Made by a program: the position numbers and the translations under genes
Shown: positions 10,901 to 28,569 of the stretch, in pieces
Layout: every line of letters starts with the position of its first letter
Position numbering within the stretch: position 1 is the first letter of the stretch
Assembly: GCA_050084515.1 (NCBI GenBank)
Contig: CM114271.1
Coordinates: forward strand, 31,558,001-31,622,000
Source of the DNA: Blasia pusilla
Lineage: Eukaryota
Direction of reading: 5' to 3'
DNA: 64,000 nt
The notes under the pieces: model-generated
Told to the model about the DNA's origin: nothing
Database searches by the model: none
Seen by the model: the letters and a program-made list of their open reading frames with translations, nothing else

Positions 10901-13900
10901 CAATTTGTCGCTAAGAGATCGGGCAAATTTTTTCTGCACATGCTCTTCCTATCTTCTTAGCTCCAAATTTGATGTAGAGTTTTTCACCGAGTTCTTTCGT
11001 GCGGTTCTCACTCTCACTCTCTCTCTCTCTCTCTGGGTCAAGCTTGACGGAGTGGACAGTGCAGTCCTGAGTAGAGGCGGATCTGGGACACTCCGATGTT
11101 GGTACGATTCAAGAGCACCACAGTATTGAAGCGGATCACGGCATTGTACATTAAGGCAATGCATTGTCCACGACTAATGTCCATGAGCCTTGCACCTCTG
11201 ATGTGCTAGAGAAATGATCAGACAGGACCAGAGCCAAAATGAACGAGCACTGCTTCTGCTGCTCGTGTATGCCATCTGAAGTATTCTCGTGTTTGTAGCA
11301 CAAATACTATAGACATTTGTAGCACAAATTGGTCGGTCATATGTTGTGCAAAATCTCATAGACAAGGGCAGAATCGGGTAGTCATAGGGAGGGTGCATAA
11401 ACCAGGTTGGCAGAGATGAGAGGGTAGTCATGTGGTCTACAACCTCTTTATCCACCATTAGCTTTCTGATGTGCACTTTATATGGATAGAGAGGATCCTT
11501 TTCATGCGGATAGAGAGGCTAAACCCTTCATCTGTTGCATTTCAGATGAGTAGGGAGGTTGCATTTCATATGTAGTTCATATCGATAGATAGGCTAAAAT
11601 TCACAGAGATAGTAAGGTACACATGCTGATAGATATCACAGATATAAATTCTAGGGGAAGCTGCCTAATTGTGCAACAACTTAGAGGTTGTCCCATTGCA
11701 ACTACCCCATTGAATACTCTTAGTTGATGTTCAACCTAGTGTACACTTTTTCATGCAGCCTCAGTACATTGTGATTTAACTTGTGTGAAGTTTATGCACC
11801 TATCGTCCTCTCATGATTCCATTCCTTCCGCAAGAGATTATTAGAGCATGTCACTTCCCTCCACCTACATCACCTCCACCTTTCCCGAACTCCTTATGAC
11901 AAAGAATACTTTTTGCGTAGGCTTCGTAGCCTTGCATTCGAGATGAAGGTGAAGATTATTCGTCTTAGTCGGCCTATGGGCATTTTTTATAGAATTATGG
12001 CATTGCCTAAACCTAAAAGGGCAAGAGTTTTCCATCTCCTTGCTCAGTATTGGTACTCATGGAGGGCCGTTAGGATGATGAGGCATCCACAAAATTGGAA
12101 GTTCCACGAAGAATATCAACATTTCTAGGTGCGGTTTGTTGATGTGGTTCTAGTTGACGAGGATCGATACTTCCTACTAGCATGGTTGATGGTTGGGGTA
12201 GTCCAACAAGTCACGCTTCATGTTTTTCATGTTGCACATGGAATTGTGCATGGTGAGGGGCAAGATCCAAAATTGAGGAGAGCTATAGATCTTATAAAGT
12301 ATGCCTCTACTGTTGGTGGCCAAGATACGCAAGTCCGTCTAGAATATGGGAATTTTTGGGAAGGTGTTTTTCTTGATAGGTTGGTTTGCATTCGTTCTAG
12401 TCATAGATGAGGGTAAAGTTTGCATTTTCTGCTTGGGTGTATGTGATATCGGCACATGGAGTCAAATTGTCGCGCCCCTACTCTCCTTGAATGTCAATCT
12501 TTAGTGTTGCGGAAGCGTACGTTCAGTAGGTCACGATCTCATCGCCGATCTGCACCCAAACATGCACTCTCGTTAGTCGGGTTTGGGCCAACCAGAGTTC
12601 CAATCCACCGAGTTCTCAACTCGGCGTCTCATCAAGCTCAACCTTCCTTAGTTCCTAGTTTCCAAAACATGGCAAGTCCTTCAAGACTTGGAACAGACTT
12701 CCTGGTTAGTCCACGGATCTGAAACGGCACTTGCGAGCCTAGCGATCCGAACTGTTCAACGGACCTCATGTGAGTTCCAAACCGAGACCCAAGTAATTGA
12801 GTCGCGGGGTGAAATCCAAGAGGGATGTCTAAAATCACCTCAATAGACTTGGTGCAGGTTTTCCAACCCAACTCCCAAACTCGCGTTCCGTTCCATGCCC
12901 TTGAGCCGCCCCGCGGCGCCCAAAGTGGGGTTCGGGTTCCAAGAACTCTCGAAGACCTTCCCCCTTACTAGTACTTCTTGGGTTCTCCAATAACCCCCCC
13001 CCCCCTTTTGGAAAAGGAGGGTCGGGCCCTTCATTGTGGCCCTCAACCCGACTCTACTTACAGTCGTTTCCGGGTTGTTTCTCAGTCACTGCTGAAGCGT
13101 TTGCAAACATCTTTAGTGCGTTTGAACCGGCTCTCCATAAGCTTTCTAACCCACCCTTATTTAATCCAAACGCATCTTGGCGCTAAAAGTTATGGCCATA
13201 AATACAGTCAGAAACTCTCAAACGCTAGTGGCGTACCAAATCCGGATTCCTTGGACTAATTGTGACCCCCATTTTGTACAGGATGAGTGTTGTGGTTGAC
13301 ATAACTTTGGGGCATCCCTTACCTGTTCTGTAACCAGAGCACTTGTTGTGTGTTGGCCCACGTTATTGCTGATAAATAAGTGTGCAAACTTGGACTGATT
13401 GTAAGTCCCAAGAGATTCTAGGAACATCTTGAAATGCACTTATTGTCAGCATTCAACACAAGGATACTTATTCAATGGATGATCTAAAATTGGATGTTTA
13501 GCTAATTTAAACCATAGAAGTAGCCTAATAGTCCAACACAATGTAAATTAAAGGTATAAGACTATCTGTTGGTCTTCCTATAGTGCTGAAGGTACATATA
13601 CATCCATTAAAAGTGGAGTGTGTTGTGGTAAGAATTACGGGATTCAAGAGGGTTTTAAGTACGAATGTATATCAATAAGAAGAAAAGTAATACCATTTAT
13701 GCTCACAACACCAGTGAACGCATCATGAAACTCACATTTGACATTAGTACAATACTTGCAGAACTCACTCACTTGCATGTAATGGATTTCAGGTGCCAAG
13801 CACTAGATATAGTCATTACTCTCCAAGTGATCTGCTTGGCTGGTCTACAAACGCGTATGGTATTATACATCAAACATTGAATTCAATGTGTTTTGTGAAA

Positions 13901-14019
13901 GCATGTCTATTTGATAGGGAATTTTTATAGGCACTTGAAGTTTGAAGTTGGGTATCCGTATGTGTGTGATTGAAGTATTCTATTGGACTTTTTTTTTTTA
14001 CTTTATTTGTTATTAGAAT

Positions 14020-15530
14020 TACCATGAAACCACCGTTGACCTCCCAAGGTCGACTCTCTTTTGGTCATCCACATCGAGTGTTAGCACACGATTTCAAATT
14101 GTGGCAAAGAGAGCAAGTTGTGGCCCGCGGGTTGGGAATTAAGAGAGGAAGGTGCCCTTGTAATCAATGCAAAGGGAGGACTTATCTATCTCTCCATAGG
14201 GTAGAGGAGCATGTGAAAAAGTTTGACCGGTTTCATCTCTTTTGCATCCCAAAGAGTAGACATGAGTGGGATCCTATAGACAAATGTGACATGGGAATTG
14301 ATGATAACCAATTTCGGAACTTGCACAAGCATGAAAGCCCCTTTTTCCTCAGGCAAGGACATCCATTTTAGGATTTGTGATGTTGCTTCTCAATGTTTCC
14401 GTTACCCACAACTTGCCAAACATTGCAGTCGATAAGTTTTTAAAGCTTCTAGGTAAATTGGTCCTTCCAAGAGGAAAAAATGTTCCACATAGTTACTATG
14501 CGGCTAAGAAACTTATAGGAAAGCTTGGATTGAGTTACAACTCATATCATGCGTGTCCTAGTGGATGTGTGTTGTTTCGTGCAGATTTGAAAGATTTTAC
14601 TTCTTGCCCAAAGTCCCAGAAGTCTCGGTTTAAGCAAGTAGGTAAGTCGTTAGTACCATGCAAGGCACTTCAACACATCCCCATCATCCCAAGGATGCGG
14701 CAAATGTTTAGATGTCCCACCTTATCAGAATTGTTGGTGTGGGCATCATGTAACAAGAGCTAGGATGGGATGGTTAGACATACATGTGATAGCAAAGCAT
14801 GGGCTCGTGTTGATGAAACTTACCCTGAATTTGGAGAAGAAAAAAGAAATTTTAGATTTGGGTTAGCTCTTGATGGGGTTAACCCCTTTTCAGATAAATT
14901 CAGTTCTTGGTCAACATGGCCAATTTTACCAGTAAATCATAACTTGCCTCCTTGGTTGCAAACCAAAAAAAATCTTTGTTATGCTTGCACTCCTTATACC
15001 TCGGAAGGAGAGTGTGCACGGAGGGAAAATCAACACCTATCTTGCCCCATTAGTTGAGGAGTTTGAAGAGTTATGGCAAGGTGTGGTACTCCATGATGTT
15101 CAGAAACCCCATGGGCACTCGAGTTTACCTTTAATTCAATGATTCTTTGGACTATCAATAACTATCCTACACTAGGTACTATATCTGGGCAAAGCCACGG
15201 TGGAAAGCTTGCATGTACCATATGCGGGCCTAGGGTGGAATCAGATTTTTCCAAGGAGTGTGGCAAACCCATTTTTGGCGGTCATCAACGATACTTGCCT
15301 TCCTCTCATCCATGGAGAGGCAAGATGTATGGCATCCATTTTAATGGTAAAGGGGAAGCAAGACCACCACCACAAAGGGTTACAGCAAAGGAGATTTTGG
15401 CATGGGCCAAGGAGAAGAAAAAATATGACGAGAGTGGGGAACGAGAAGATGGTCCTTTTGATCCATACAAAAAAATAGGAGTAAAGAGGAGGAGTTTGCT
15501 CTTCGATTTACCTTATTGGCAAGTATCCAA
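14020..15530 (+). pseudogene. CACTA Tnp2/TnpD-type transposase, disrupted and C-terminally truncated
   Basis: RCPCNQC motif, HACPSGCVLF...SCPK, IPIIPRMRQMFRCP, DSKAW...RNFRFGLALDGVNPF...STWPI...NLPPW, LWTINNYP...ACTIC, GVKRRSLLFDLPYW. Broken by stops and frameshifts. Confidence 0.92.
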
Positions 15531-15578
15531 GTAACTTACTTACCTTAGGTTCTTACTACCAAAAAATCTTATTGTGGC

Positions 15579-16295
<717 letters not shown>

Positions 16296-16389
16296 GCGCT
16301 ACCGTTGCGGCTCCCGACTATTTGACTACTCGGGAAAACTAGGGTTTTTACCTATTTTCCTTTGTTTTTATTAATAGAAAAAATTTGTG

Positions 16390-19250
<2,861 letters not shown>

Positions 19251-22200
19251 AAAAAAGACAAAGCCGCACATGAATATTGGCTTTCAAGATCATACTATTG
19301 TTTCTCATGAGATGCTTTTACTCCCCTCCTTGTGAAATTGGACTTGTAATTTGAAGACATTTTACTGTTCTTACTGAGTGTGGAAATGTAAGCCTCTATT
19401 GGGAGTGAGTTTTTTGTTGTTAGATTCAGCTCCTTTAATGAGGCCTGAAAATCAGAGGTAGGAACTCTCATTGAAACTCATTTTATGCATGTAAGGAGAG
19501 GATTGATCATCCTTATGCAAGCATCAATGAAAATGAATGACGCCTACCAATTCCGTCATGAAGTGAATATTTCATGTGTCGTTGTATAATTGCATGAAGA
19601 TAATGTCCTTTCTCGTGTTGTGCCACGTGGCCGTATGTGATTTGTTATTCAAATCCTACTCAACATACCATGTCATGTAATGACATGGCAAGTGTGGTTA
19701 TGACTGAGTCATTTACGACATGTGTCATTCATTGGTGAAAATTATATCATCCTCATGTCATACGTGGATGTGGCATAGTGACATGGCACTCACACGTGGT
19801 ACATTAGTCATACATCAACGATTAAGATATCCATGACTAGAGACATTTACCATCGGGTAGCCCTAGTCATTTCCTGGAATTGACTTGGTTTATATGAGTC
19901 TAACGATATAAGTCATTCTTAGTCATTTTCAACAAAAAATGACTCGACCTAGTCATTTATTGGAGTCATAAAAACCAAGATTTCCTCTAGTGGGCTACCC
20001 ACAAGTAGGACCTCCACTAACTACGTGTCTGGTGCTTGCTACAAGGATGACCTTCTCAATCTAATGGCAGCCAACTTGTCCATGAGGCACCTCTTCAGTA
20101 CTTTTTCAACGTCTATCTTGTGCTCCTCCTCCTCCTCATCTCTAGTCTTGGAGAATTATCATCCAAAGGGTCGGATTCCACAATCGGATCCGACCCACAT
20201 CCTACTAGAGGGCATTCCACATAAACATGTGAAATGCCCAACTACATATAGTCCCACTAACTTGCATTAGTATTCTGAAATAATCTCAAAGCACCTTAAA
20301 CAGAGGAACATTCTATAGGGTAGGAACTTGCCAAGGCAACAAGGATATCCTACTCAGCAAAGAATTCCTCTCGCGTCCTCTACCCCACCGTGTCCTTCAT
20401 GACCTTGAAAGTGGGTTACTCAACATACTTTGTGAACCACGTTATGCACCCATATAGTTAGTTAAATATTCTAAAATATCACTGATTCATAGAAAATGAG
20501 CCATCTCAAATACGGCTCCGCGAAAGGTATTCCCCTCTGGTGTATTCTTGAAACCACTCCTAGAGGGATCTCTCCTCCCTCTCCCTTGTCCATGGAAAGA
20601 AAGAAAAAATAAAAAATAAAAAGTTGTAAAATGACAAGTTGTAAAAGCACCCTAAACAACATTATATATATAGTCATATATATAATGTTGTTTTAAGTTG
20701 GCCACTGTCTTCCAAATTTTGAAGCTATGTTGCAAGTGTTGTCAACATTATATATATGACTACCTTGCGAGTATTAAGAGCAACAAGATGGTCATATAGG
20801 CAGTTACACTTTGCGACTACGTCACTACCTTGCAGTTGTCTTGTGGCTATATATTAATACAAGAAACGGCTCAACCGCTCATCTAATCCAATATGACATT
20901 TTATTGGATCACTTGAAGTTTCTAAATAATCTTGTGGATTATTTATAAACTTCAAATGATCCAATGGTTACAAAAGTTAATCATTGGAAATTTAAATCTC
21001 TTTAAACCATCTTGCACTAATTAACACGGATGGATCCAATTCTAAGTGTGTTGTTGGATTAGTATTTCTTGTTTTTCATATTCAAAATTTTGAGAAATAA
21101 AATAGATTAAATATATAAATCTACCAAAAGAAATGAATCACCATGTCAAGAAAAAAAAGGAGAATGTATGATTTTGTAATATTACATAATTTATGATAAT
21201 ATATCAAAATTTTAAATTATCCATATATGTTTTTTAATAAAAATACATTTTTTTTAATCCATCTACTTGTTAAAAACCTTATTATTCAAGATTTAATTAT
21301 TGTAAATAAGTAAAAATTATTACGTTGATAGTGAAAGGTCTGTTACAATGCTTTCAATGGATATTTATTATTGATAAAATTAAAATATAAAAATAAGTAT
21401 GAATGGATTAAGAATAAACATAAGTTTTAAATAAAATAATACTTAATAGGCATAATAAAAATTCAAAGTATCTGAAAAAAAAATCAAATTGAACCATAAT
21501 AGTCTTGATTTCAATTTTGATTTTCAGTTCTATGATGAGAAATAGAATGGCTTTAAAGATATTCTTAAAATACTTCTTTATGGCCACGTTTCCTTTGGGA
21601 AAATTTTATGATTTGAAGATAGCTACATGCCATGTTTTATTTGATCTTCGAACGTTCAAGCGCTAAACATATTATTTCAGATTACAAATTCTTTATCATT
21701 TGATACCCTTGAGAATTCAACAAATAGAGGAGTATTTAACCACTCACATCATCTTAGTGGAATCTTGAAATTCCAAAATTCGGATTTCCAATTTTGATTT
21801 GGAACATATTTCAATCTTGAAGTAAATAAATAAAACCCATAATCATCTTATACCCATATATGCCCTATTTTGAAAAGTTCTGATTGTTTTTGGGTAGTAG
21901 TGATGTTGTATATAGAAGATATCATTTTCATTATGACCAAATGATCAAGGATAAGCATATGATCTCATATTATGGTATGATATTATTTATTGGGTTTGGC
22001 TATGCTTATAACTCAATCATGGGATCCTACTTAAACTTTGGAGGAGTGAAAAAAACTTAGTTGCAAGCTCTTTAATGGTTTCAATGTTTATGGGGTAAAG
22101 GATTAAATAAAAAATGAGAGTCAAAATTCCAAGTTTGGTTTTCAATTTCACATAAAAAAAATGGAAATGGAATAACAAAAAAGATATTGATGATTCCTCT

Positions 22201-22936
22201 AACGATAACCACATAGACTATCACAAAATTTCAAGACTAGAAAATGGTTATGAGTAGTATTATAAGAGATCTCTTGATACACACATTTTTCTAATGTTAT
22301 TTCAAAAAATATAAATTTGCAAGATTGGATTTCCTTCTCGTTTTTAGGAAAGGTAACAAAGTAAATCTTTATATATTAGAAGTATTTACACCATCACATT
22401 GGAATTGAAAGATTCACTCAAATGAACTTTACTAATCATATTTCCTAACTATAACTCCACTTACAAACATCTCCAATCTAAACTAAAATATGAATATTCA
22501 TCAAATTGCCACACATACTATAGAAAGTTTTTATAAATTTTATAGGAATTTAAGTAAAATTATATTTGTAAGACATCGACTCCAAAATAACAAAAGAATT
22601 AAGTTTTAGCTCTAGATTATCCCATAGTCACACTATTTCTTGTTTTAGGATTATATAAGTTAATCCGTATTTTTGGCCAATTTAAAATATAAGATATGGG
22701 AGAAAAAATTGCTCATGAACACCTTAATGATTAGTCTCAATTAGTAAGGTATGACTGCGCCAACCAAATAAGCCATAACGTATGACTATAATGTGATTAA
22801 GAAATTTTTGTTAATATTTGTCTTAATATGATTATATGACTAAAACAGGTTTTTCCCATCAAAGAATGAATAAACCTATATTTTCATAATCTTATTCATT
22901 TTCTTTTATAGGTATTGATTTCCTACTCAAAAAAAC

Positions 22937-23893
22937 CAAGGTTGCACACGAATGGACTAGTGAATCCATAAGACACACATACCCAACGGATCCCCCACTT
23001 ATGTTTCTTTAAAACCTTGGTCCGCCGCCCGTGCGGACTTGGGATGTGGAAACAGGTGCGAGCAAGAATCGAAGAGAAGTGTGGGCAACGAGGACTTGCC
23101 TCATCCGCATCGAACCCACACATAGCCTGCATCGAGCTTGCCTAGACTACATCACCTGCAGTAGCAAGGTTGCACATGAACAAAGTTCGTGTCTGCGGGA
23201 TTATGTCAGTCCCTGGGACAAACATATCCATGCAGGTATGAGTACCCACGGCTTGCACCCAAGCCCGCCCCATCTACAACGTAGACCCGGGCTTGACCAA
23301 CCCACACCAAGTCTAGGATTATAGCCATAACGTATGACTATAATCCTATGACTATAGTCCATAGACTGAACATGTCGCCTATTTCTTGCCACCTATTTTG
23401 TAGCCCGCACCGTCCCGCCCTAAGCCCACACTGGCCTGCTGGCATAAGGCTCATAGGGCAGGCCAATCCTTACGTGTCTCCCTTAATCTGAGCCTGCACG
23501 TGTTCGGGAATTTTCGCATCCCAAGCCTTTGCGGGCCACCGAGGTACCAAAAAAACCCAAGAGGGGAGCCTCGTTCGGCATGTCTGTGGACATGTCCGTT
23601 TCCATGCCACCTAGGCCCACAAAGGTCTCGTAGGGCTTGTATAGGGTCGGATTTGAGCGCGCCCTTTGTGGGCCTTGTGGGCTTGGTGAAAGCGAGGCGG
23701 GCTCGATACGGGCTTTTGTGGGCTCAATGTGGACTACAAAATGGGTGGCAAGCGACAGGTTGTTGGCTAGTCAAGCCCGAATCTATGTTGCAGTCGCGAG
23801 TGCGGGCCGCGGGAACCCGGACCCGCATGGAGATGTTTGTCCTTAGGATGAATATAAGTTTGTGGACATAGACTCTATCTGTGTGCAACCCGA
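22937..23893. mobile_element. Composite hAT MITE cluster inserted into a CACTA right TIR
   Basis: CAAGGTTGCAC at 22937 (second copy near 23166) and GTGCAACCCGA ending at 23893. Flanks AAAAAAAC / ATAAAAAC. Followed by CAATTTTCTTTCTAGTG ending at 23918, which resembles the 19963-19992 TIR. Confidence 0.6.
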
Positions 23894-24332
23894 ATAAAAA
23901 CCAATTTTCTTTCTAGTGTATACGGAATCATAGATAGTGTGCGATTGTGAGAAGTCTCAATTAAGATCGTGGTTGCAATTGCAAAACTAGTCACACTACA
24001 ATTGCACAATGTGCACTCACAAAGCATGGTCATAAGACAGCTTCAAATTTGAAATTTTGACTTTTAAGACACATGCAAGAAACAATAATCCCTTGTAATG
24101 GACGCAATGTATAATATTTTAAATTATACAAAGAGTCTCAAAGACCATTTGCATTGAAAGATTATTGTCTTTTCTTCATGTGTCTATTTATCTCCATTGA
24201 ATTTTTTATCTCAAATCTTTTATTAATTTCGACATTCCTTCTAATCTAACTGTTAGGAGAAATGGAGGAAATTTATATTATTCATCACATAAATTTCTCC
24301 CATTCCTCCTACTTGAATATTAACATAAGCAG

Positions 24333-25078
24333 TGTCGTGCGCATACACATCGTTACACAACGTACATCGCTGTCATCAAACACACACATAAACACACACG
24401 ATCCCATGTTAACTCATATGATCCATACATAGAGGCGAGAACTACCAAAATATCTCCAATAAAGTAAGATCCAATCTCTCTCTATACCATCTCACACCAT
24501 AGCTCTCAAAGGTGTGCACTCTCTCTCATGTCAAACCAAACCCACTCTCCTAATGAGAGGCTTGGGTTACACTCATAAGGCAAGGGACCATAGCTCCGCC
24601 GCCTCATGCTAAGAGGTTCAACAAAGAGAGAATGAGCTTTCAAGCTCTCTCTCCTTGAGGTATACCCCTCCCCTCTCCCAAGCTCTCTCCATGGTAACCT
24701 ATTCTCCCAAGTCACCTCCTTGGCTCTTTACCTTATGTAGGAGGTCAAGAGAAACTTGCCAAAAATAGAAAGTCAATCATGTACTCAAAATGGTACTTAC
24801 CTAAAATAGTAAGTTCCTCAATATGGCTCCAAATGAGCCGAAACGAAGAGGAAACGTGCTCTCTCAGGTTTCGCGGGGCCTCAACAGGTCATCCCCGACC
24901 TCCTCCATAACTCATGCAGACGTTCTGCTAGATCCCACCGATCTATCCTAATAGTCGTGCGGATACACATCGCTACACAACATGCATTTCTGTCATCGAA
25001 CACACACATGAACACACACGATCCCATGTTAACTCATGGGATCAATACACAGAGGCGAGAACTACCAAAATATCTCCA
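24333..25078 (-). repeat. 3' terminal repeat block A-B-A (complete LTR 25078-24460 followed by an extra A)
   Basis: The ~125-bp A copies at 24333-24458 and 24954-25078 are near-identical. The ~500-bp B matches 34154-34669. Confidence 0.93.
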
Positions 25079-25080
25079 AT

Positions 25081-25090
25081 CTCCCCCCTA
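25081..25090 (-). other. Polypurine tract
   Basis: TAGGGGGGAG on the minus strand, then AT, then TGGAGAT at the LTR start. Equivalent to 621-630 in copy 1. Confidence 0.85.
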
Positions 25091-25266
25091 GTTGGTGGTT
25101 AGGTCCCTCTAACTCCAGATAGCCATCTATCCCTACCTACCACGACATACATCTCTAGGACGCTAAGAGCAGAAAGGTCGGGTGCTCATGTGGCCCCATC
25201 GTTAGTCGCCTTCCTGTCATCCATGTCACAGAAAAAGTCGGAATCGAAACCTACCTAGTATCTCCT

Positions 25267-26420
25267 CTATGTACATTTGGGACACATCCATCGTTTCCGA
25301 GGAACCCTAGTGACAGATGGCGTCAGACATGCCATATGCCAACCTCTCGAACATCCATCACATACTAGCATCGTGGCCACACCACGAGCAAAACCACACA
25401 ACATACAACGCAAGCCTGCATGAACTACTGCTGAGCTCGGATCTACTATACCATCAATGTTAGGAAGGTGACATGGCGCACAATTACACAAATGGTCCTT
25501 CCATACCATACCATCGCATCCCTCCAGAAAGAGAACACCGGATGGAAAAACCTCACGCACTCTCAAGATAGTGCGCCCTGCAATCATATCCAACGTCGTC
25601 GGTGCCATCAACTGGAAGTAGATATAATCTCCTTGATGAAACCTCCGGATAGTTGGTCGATAACCACCACCCCGAATAGTCGCATACCTCAACGTATCTC
25701 GGTGTTGAGCAATCGCCAAGTTCTCGAACGCCATGGCATCACTCTCTGAAACAACTCAGCCCTTTGAGAACATGCTCGCATCCATACATCTGGGTCATCA
25801 AGGTCTAGCACCTCACTAGCATCTCGACAAATGGCCGCAGGTAAATCTGGCTCTTGGCCATAAAGTAGCAAGTACGGTGAAAAAGACGCTAAGGATGCCT
25901 GCCTGTTGAATCTATATCCTCTCGCCAGCCATGGCAACTGTAGGTCCCAACCTCCTAGGTGACCTCTCTATAAGCCATACTTGCGTAAACCCCTCTTCAC
26001 CGTCTGCACAACTCTCTCCGCTAATCCATCCAGCTTGGGATGATCTCGCAAAGTCGTGCGGTGGTCGATCAGCGCCTGATCACACAAGGCCTGGAACTCA
26101 CCGCAAAATTCGATACCCTGGTCTATCAACACCTCAGCCGATGCGCCATAATGACTCAGCACTCTGTCAAGGAAGGCATAAGCTACTCCCTCACTCGCTT
26201 TGTCAGGCAATGCAACCAACTCGATCCACTTCGAGAAGTGCTCGACCATCACCAACACATAACGACTGTGACGCTCCGTCAAAGGCAAAGGTTCTGCAAA
26301 ATCCAAACTCCATCTATACCCTAAGCATGCCTCGCCACCAATACTGAATCTGGAGCAAGTTGTACGTCCGCTTCACCCCAAAGTGACCCAACTCCTCGTG
26401 GGCATGTTGCACTAGTCATG
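25267..26420 (-). pseudogene. DDE integrase with C-terminal PHD finger
   Basis: HEELGHFGVKRT (HH; the CC half appears deleted), DFAEPLP, VMVEHFSKW, IDQGIEF, DGLAERVV. PHD: CMLCGF...VCDGCSRGWHMACL...WMCPKC. Confidence 0.93.
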
Positions 26421-26682
26421 CTCTTTGCAAAGGATGCGGCACTACGTGTACTCTACCATCCTCCCAAACCCTCAAAACATGTGTCCCCTCCCAACGGAAC
26501 CGTTTTGCCCGTTGTAGGATCCTATCCCGCTCTCTAGCACCCACGGTGCTGGCAACGCTAACAGTATAAAGGTACTCCAAGACTACTCCATCATCATGAA
26601 TATCTCGGCCACCTGTCGTCTCCTCACTTGCCTCGGGATCCAAGGACTCTACACTAGACCTCGCCATCGAAGTCTCCACACT

Positions 26683-28240
26683 CTAGCTCTCCATAGCCAA
26701 CATGCCTAAATAGGCTGACGCATGCCATTGTGGCATTGACTCCTCATCACTCTCTCCATGCCATCGAGCTCCAGTCGCATCTCGCTGACTCGGGCATGGG
26801 TTACGACTCAACCCATCTGCATCATGGTTGAGCATCCCAAGTCTATGTACCACTTGAAAATCATACTCTTGCAACAACAGAGCCCATCTCGCAAGCTTCC
26901 CTGTAAGCTTGTCGTACTCCATCAACCACTTCAATGGTTGATAATCAGTGATGATGGTAAAGGGGTTGCCGAATAAGTAACACTTGAAATGCGCGATAGC
27001 CCATACTGCAGCCAAGCACTCACCCTCATACGAGTTGTACTTCGCCTCTGAAGCGTTGTTTGAGCGGCTAACGTAAGCCACCACAAACTCTCTATTCTCA
27101 TCATCATGCTGGGTGAGCACCGTTCCAAGCCCCAACATGCTCCAATCTATGTGCAACTGGAAAGGACGCCCCCTGATCGGTCTCCTCAAGATGGGCGCGG
27201 ACGTCAACTTGTCCTTGAGCAATTGAAATGCTCACTCTTGCTCATCCCCCCTGTGCCACTCGTGATCCACCTTGGTCAGCAAGGTTAGCAGCTTTGCAAT
27301 CGAACTGAATCCCTTGACGTACCGCCGATAGAAGTTCGCCAATCCCACGAATGCGCGAACACGGCTCACATTTGTAGGGCGTGGAATGCGTGAGATAGCC
27401 TCTACCTTCGTCTGTTGAACACCAAGGCCCCCTGGGTATATTGTATGACCCAAGTACTCAATCTAGTCGTAGAAGAACTTGCACTTGCCTTGATGTAGCT
27501 TCAGCCCATGTAATTGCAATCGTCGAAACACCTCCTCTAGATGTCGCTCATGCTCCTCAGTCGTGGCGCTAAAAACTATAATGGCATCAATATAACACCT
27601 AGCAAAATCCATAGCAGCCAAGATCCTATCCATGACGCTCTGAAACTCAGCCTGGGCGGTCTTTAACCCAAATGGTAAGAACAGCCACTGGTACAAACAA
27701 TCCTTCCCGTGAGGATCGATGCTCCAAAATGCCGTCTTCTACGTGTCCTCCAATCTGATAGGCAGTTGGTGGTATCCGGCTCGCAAATCCAATGAACTGA
27801 AGACCTTTGCAAGACCAATTGCATCAAATATCTCCTCAAGGGTGGCCATGGCATACCTATCGGACTTCGTGTGCCGATTGATAGATCGGTAATCCCCACA
27901 CATCCGCCTATCCGTCCAGTTGCCATGCACATCCTTCTTGGCGGGCTTGACAGTGGCAGATGCATACTCCCCATGCAACATCTCCACTAGTCCTGCTCCA
28001 ACTAAGTCATGGCTCCTTCTCTGAATCAGAGCCCTCTCCATATCACTGTACCTGTAGGGTCGTCGTAAGATCGGCGTATCACTCAACAACTCAATGCGGA
28101 TCCCCGATCCCTTCAGCGTACCCAAATCCTCCATGCTAAACCCAAAGCAGCTCCTATAAATCTTGAGGAACTGATGTATTCGGCGCCGCTCTCCTCCTGT
28201 CAACTTAGGGACCATATTTGGCTCCCAAGTCTCCATCGTG
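26683..28240 (-). pseudogene. Reverse transcriptase and RNase H
   Basis: RMCGDYRSIN, FSSLDLRAGYHQL, PFGLKTA, YIDAIIVF (YxDD mutated), KCKFF, VRAFVGLANFYRRYV. RNase H: HIDWS, YEGECLAAVW, TDYQPL, DADGLSR. Confidence 0.96.
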
Positions 28241-28569
28241 ACTACTGTAGGACTCTCCGGCGCGGATATCGATGGTTGCTATGGTGCAACCCCGTCTCAA
28301 ACAACAACACTCGACCGCTCTCCTAGAGCCAACTGCAAACTATGATTTCTTCCACATGCAGTGCCCGGAACCATGCTCAATGTTGTGGCTATCATCTCCT
28401 GGCCTACCTGCAAAACATCCCAAGAAGTCCAAGGATGTCTCTCCCAATCTCCCTTGGTGTGTCAATCTCCTCGGCTCTCGCCCCCAGCCACTCGGTAGGC
28501 ATGGGGATCACCAACGCAACCGCTCTAATCTGTCGCGATCTCATCTGACGCTACTCAGCCACTCCCAAG

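Noticed and set aside
12468-13301. Possible solo LTR nested in the CACTA (TGTCGCGCCC...GTTGACA)
   Set aside because: The TG/CA ends are plausible, but flanks CAAAT and TAACT give no convincing TSD and there is no second copy in the window.
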